Shown here one piece after another: positions 62,281 through 64,000 of a stretch of DNA of 64,000 nucleotides. Position 1 is the stretch's first letter; each line of letters starts with the position of its first letter. The notes beneath the pieces are model-generated. The model was not told the DNA's origin, ran no database searches, and saw only the letters and a list, made by a program, of their open reading frames with translations. The stretch is from Psammoneis japonica (taxonomy: Eukaryota): positions 1 through 64,000 of the forward strand of contig QPGO01000017.1 of assembly GCA_008632985.1 (NCBI GenBank), given 5' to 3'. Position numbers and translations under genes: made by a program.

Positions 62281-62425
62281 TAAAATAACATATAAAAATA
62301 TATTTGTATTCATGCATTGATTGACATAACCATATTATTTTATTAATAAATTAATATTTTATATACATATTTTAAACGAGCAACATGATATTTTCTGTTG
62401 CAATAAATTCATAGATATCCATGTA
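62281..62425. other. Very AT-rich intergenic tract
   Basis: Nearly all A/T over ~140 bp, unlike the rest of the window. Confidence 0.7.
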
Positions 62426-62729
62426 CAAGACAAAACATAAAAAGATATCGATCCCCCCACCACCACCCCAAAGAAGGAAGAATAGAAGGACCCTCTCCCG
62501 GCTTGGGAGAAGGACTTGAGGACCCAAAAGGTGGTGGAAAGCCCCAAAGGGTATTCATACAGTACTCTAGTAGGGCCCTACTGTAGAGTTTCTCTCCATT
62601 TCGGTATTCCTAGGCCCCCTACCGGTAGTACTCGCACCAACCATGAACCTTGAGGAGGAGGTGACACTTCTAGGTAACCATACGGTATATTGGATTGACT
62701 TGTAATTCAGGCTGGTGATAATTTTGCTC

Positions 62730-63929
62730 CTATTTAAGTGGTATCGATTCGAAATTAAGCTCGTTGTCCGAATTCAACGTGACCATGACTGCTTCGCCTG
62801 GGCGGTTAAGTCCAAAGTCCTTGACATTGTCTACCGTGGTAAACGTGTCTCCAATGCAAACTAATTCAGCATCAAAACTAGTTGCAAATATCCTTGCCGC
62901 TTCCGTTTCTTCGCCAGCTACCAAACCAGCCAATGCCCTACCACGCAAGTTTCCAAAAATGAATATATCTCTGTCCGCAAGAACCTCTCCTCCAGAGCTA
63001 ACAGAACCAATGATAACCAATGACTGGTTCCTCTCAGCTGCAATCTGCTGCCCTGATCGAACATTCCCATGGAATACTCTGGTACCGCCGACCACTTTCT
63101 CCACATATCTGTCCGAATCTTCCGTGACGCTGTTCATGGCAGGAACGTTCTCAGTTCCTTCGTCAATTTCTTCACAAGACGAACATTGATCAGTGGTGCA
63201 GCCGTTAAGCTCTTCTGCTTCTTCGCTTTCTTCCACCAAACTGACAGGACTTGTTTCGTTCTTGTTCTCTTCTTCCGAAACCCTATTCAGTATTAATTGA
63301 ACAACATCTTTAATTGCAAAGGTCGTATCCCTCTGACGATCCAGTGCGCGACTTTTTGACAAGATTGACGGCAAGCCCAATCGATTGACAGCGTCATGCT
63401 CCAGTTCTGGTGGAGCGTTTGTCACCCCCACAACGGAAATACCAAAGTCACCAAGTGCAGCTACAACTTCAGTCAAGAGTCCTTCATCCGGAGGGACATG
63501 GTGGGGCGATCCATCAGGAACAAGAGCGCCGAGATCTAAAACGATGGGAGCGCTCCATCTAACCTTGCTGTCCTTTGTTTCTTTGCCTCGAAGCATTGAC
63601 CGTATGACTGTTGATGACGGTGATGTTGGGCACTCCTGTATAGCCAGAGAAATGCGCTTCGAGATGGATTCAGCCGTATCGTTCCGCTCTAGCCTCAATG
63701 TGGGCATAATATACGACGAGCCACTAAGGAGTAACGGAGATACGTGTTTTTGAGCACTGTGACTGGGACGAGATGGTCGAGAGGGATTAGCATTCTGAGT
63801 GTTATTTTTCGGTGTTGCCGATCCGACCCAGGTATCGAGGTATTTTTGAACGTTATGAGCATTAGATGACGTTTGACGGCAGAGGATCCGGACACGCTGC
63901 GCAAATGGCAATCGACTTAAGCAAGACAT
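62730..63929 (-). CDS. minC: Septum site-determining MinC homologue, probably mitochondrion-targeted
   Basis: FHGNVRSGQQI, LVIIGSVSSGGEVLAD, IFGNLRGRALAG, ARIFATSFDAELVCIG; APIVLDL N-domain motif; Arg/Ser/Leu-rich acid-free leader. Confidence 0.9.
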   Translation of the reverse strand: MSCLSRLPFAQRVRILCRQTSSNAHNVQKYLDTWVGSATPKNNTQNANPSRPSRPSHSAQKHVSPLLLSGSSYIMPTLRLERNDTAESISKRISLAIQECPTSPSSTVIRSMLRGKETKDSKVRWSAPIVLDLGALVPDGSPHHVPPDEGLLTEVVAALGDFGISVVGVTNAPPELEHDAVNRLGLPSILSKSRALDRQRDTTFAIKDVVQLILNRVSEEENKNETSPVSLVEESEEAEELNGCTTDQCSSCEEIDEGTENVPAMNSVTEDSDRYVEKVVGGTRVFHGNVRSGQQIAAERNQSLVIIGSVSSGGEVLADRDIFIFGNLRGRALAGLVAGEETEAARIFATSFDAELVCIGDTFTTVDNVKDFGLNRPGEAVMVTLNSDNELNFESIPLK

Positions 63930-64000
63930 TCTGTTGTAAGTAACGATAACCTTTGATAGCTTGCTGAGATGAAGGTACGGTGGTGTTGCCAGTGGGCGTC

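Noticed and set aside
62730..63929. Bacterial contamination suggested by minC
   Set aside because: Contiguous with intron-containing genes, carries a eukaryotic targeting extension, and no minD follows it.

Overview
Eukaryotic nuclear DNA, most likely a diatom (short GT-AG introns, signal+AF plastid-targeting leaders, CoDi-like Ty1/copia relics, nucleus-encoded MinC with a mitochondrial-type leader). About 39 kb is ordinary gene-dense sequence: LCB1, a Ser/Thr dehydratase, head-to-head Pol eta and DNA ligase IV, tRNA-His, a triple C2HC zinc-finger gene, a P4H-like oxygenase, two 2Fe-2S proteins, a UBA/MINDY-like protein, DGAT2, RPC9, mago nashi, a UFL1-like gene, a His acid phosphatase, a PDZ/coiled-coil gene and MinC. 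The other ~25 kb forms four fairly sharply bounded blocks of decayed transposons (~1.6-12.7, 15.1-21.9, 31.0-34.4, 35.0-38.5 kb). These blocks have lost CpG and also nearly all TpA, with both converging on TpG/CpA. Conserved transposon motifs (Tyr->Cys/His, RT YxDD->CTND) and mismatches between the two arms of one MITE show the TpA->TpG/CpA change is directional and strand-symmetric. It looks like a RIP-like, domain-restricted hypermutation of repeats running opposite to fungal RIP, and is the main candidate for an undescribed system. Most ORF-track entries inside these blocks are artefacts of TAA/TAG loss. All counts are manual and approximate, and family assignments come from recalled motifs, not database searches.
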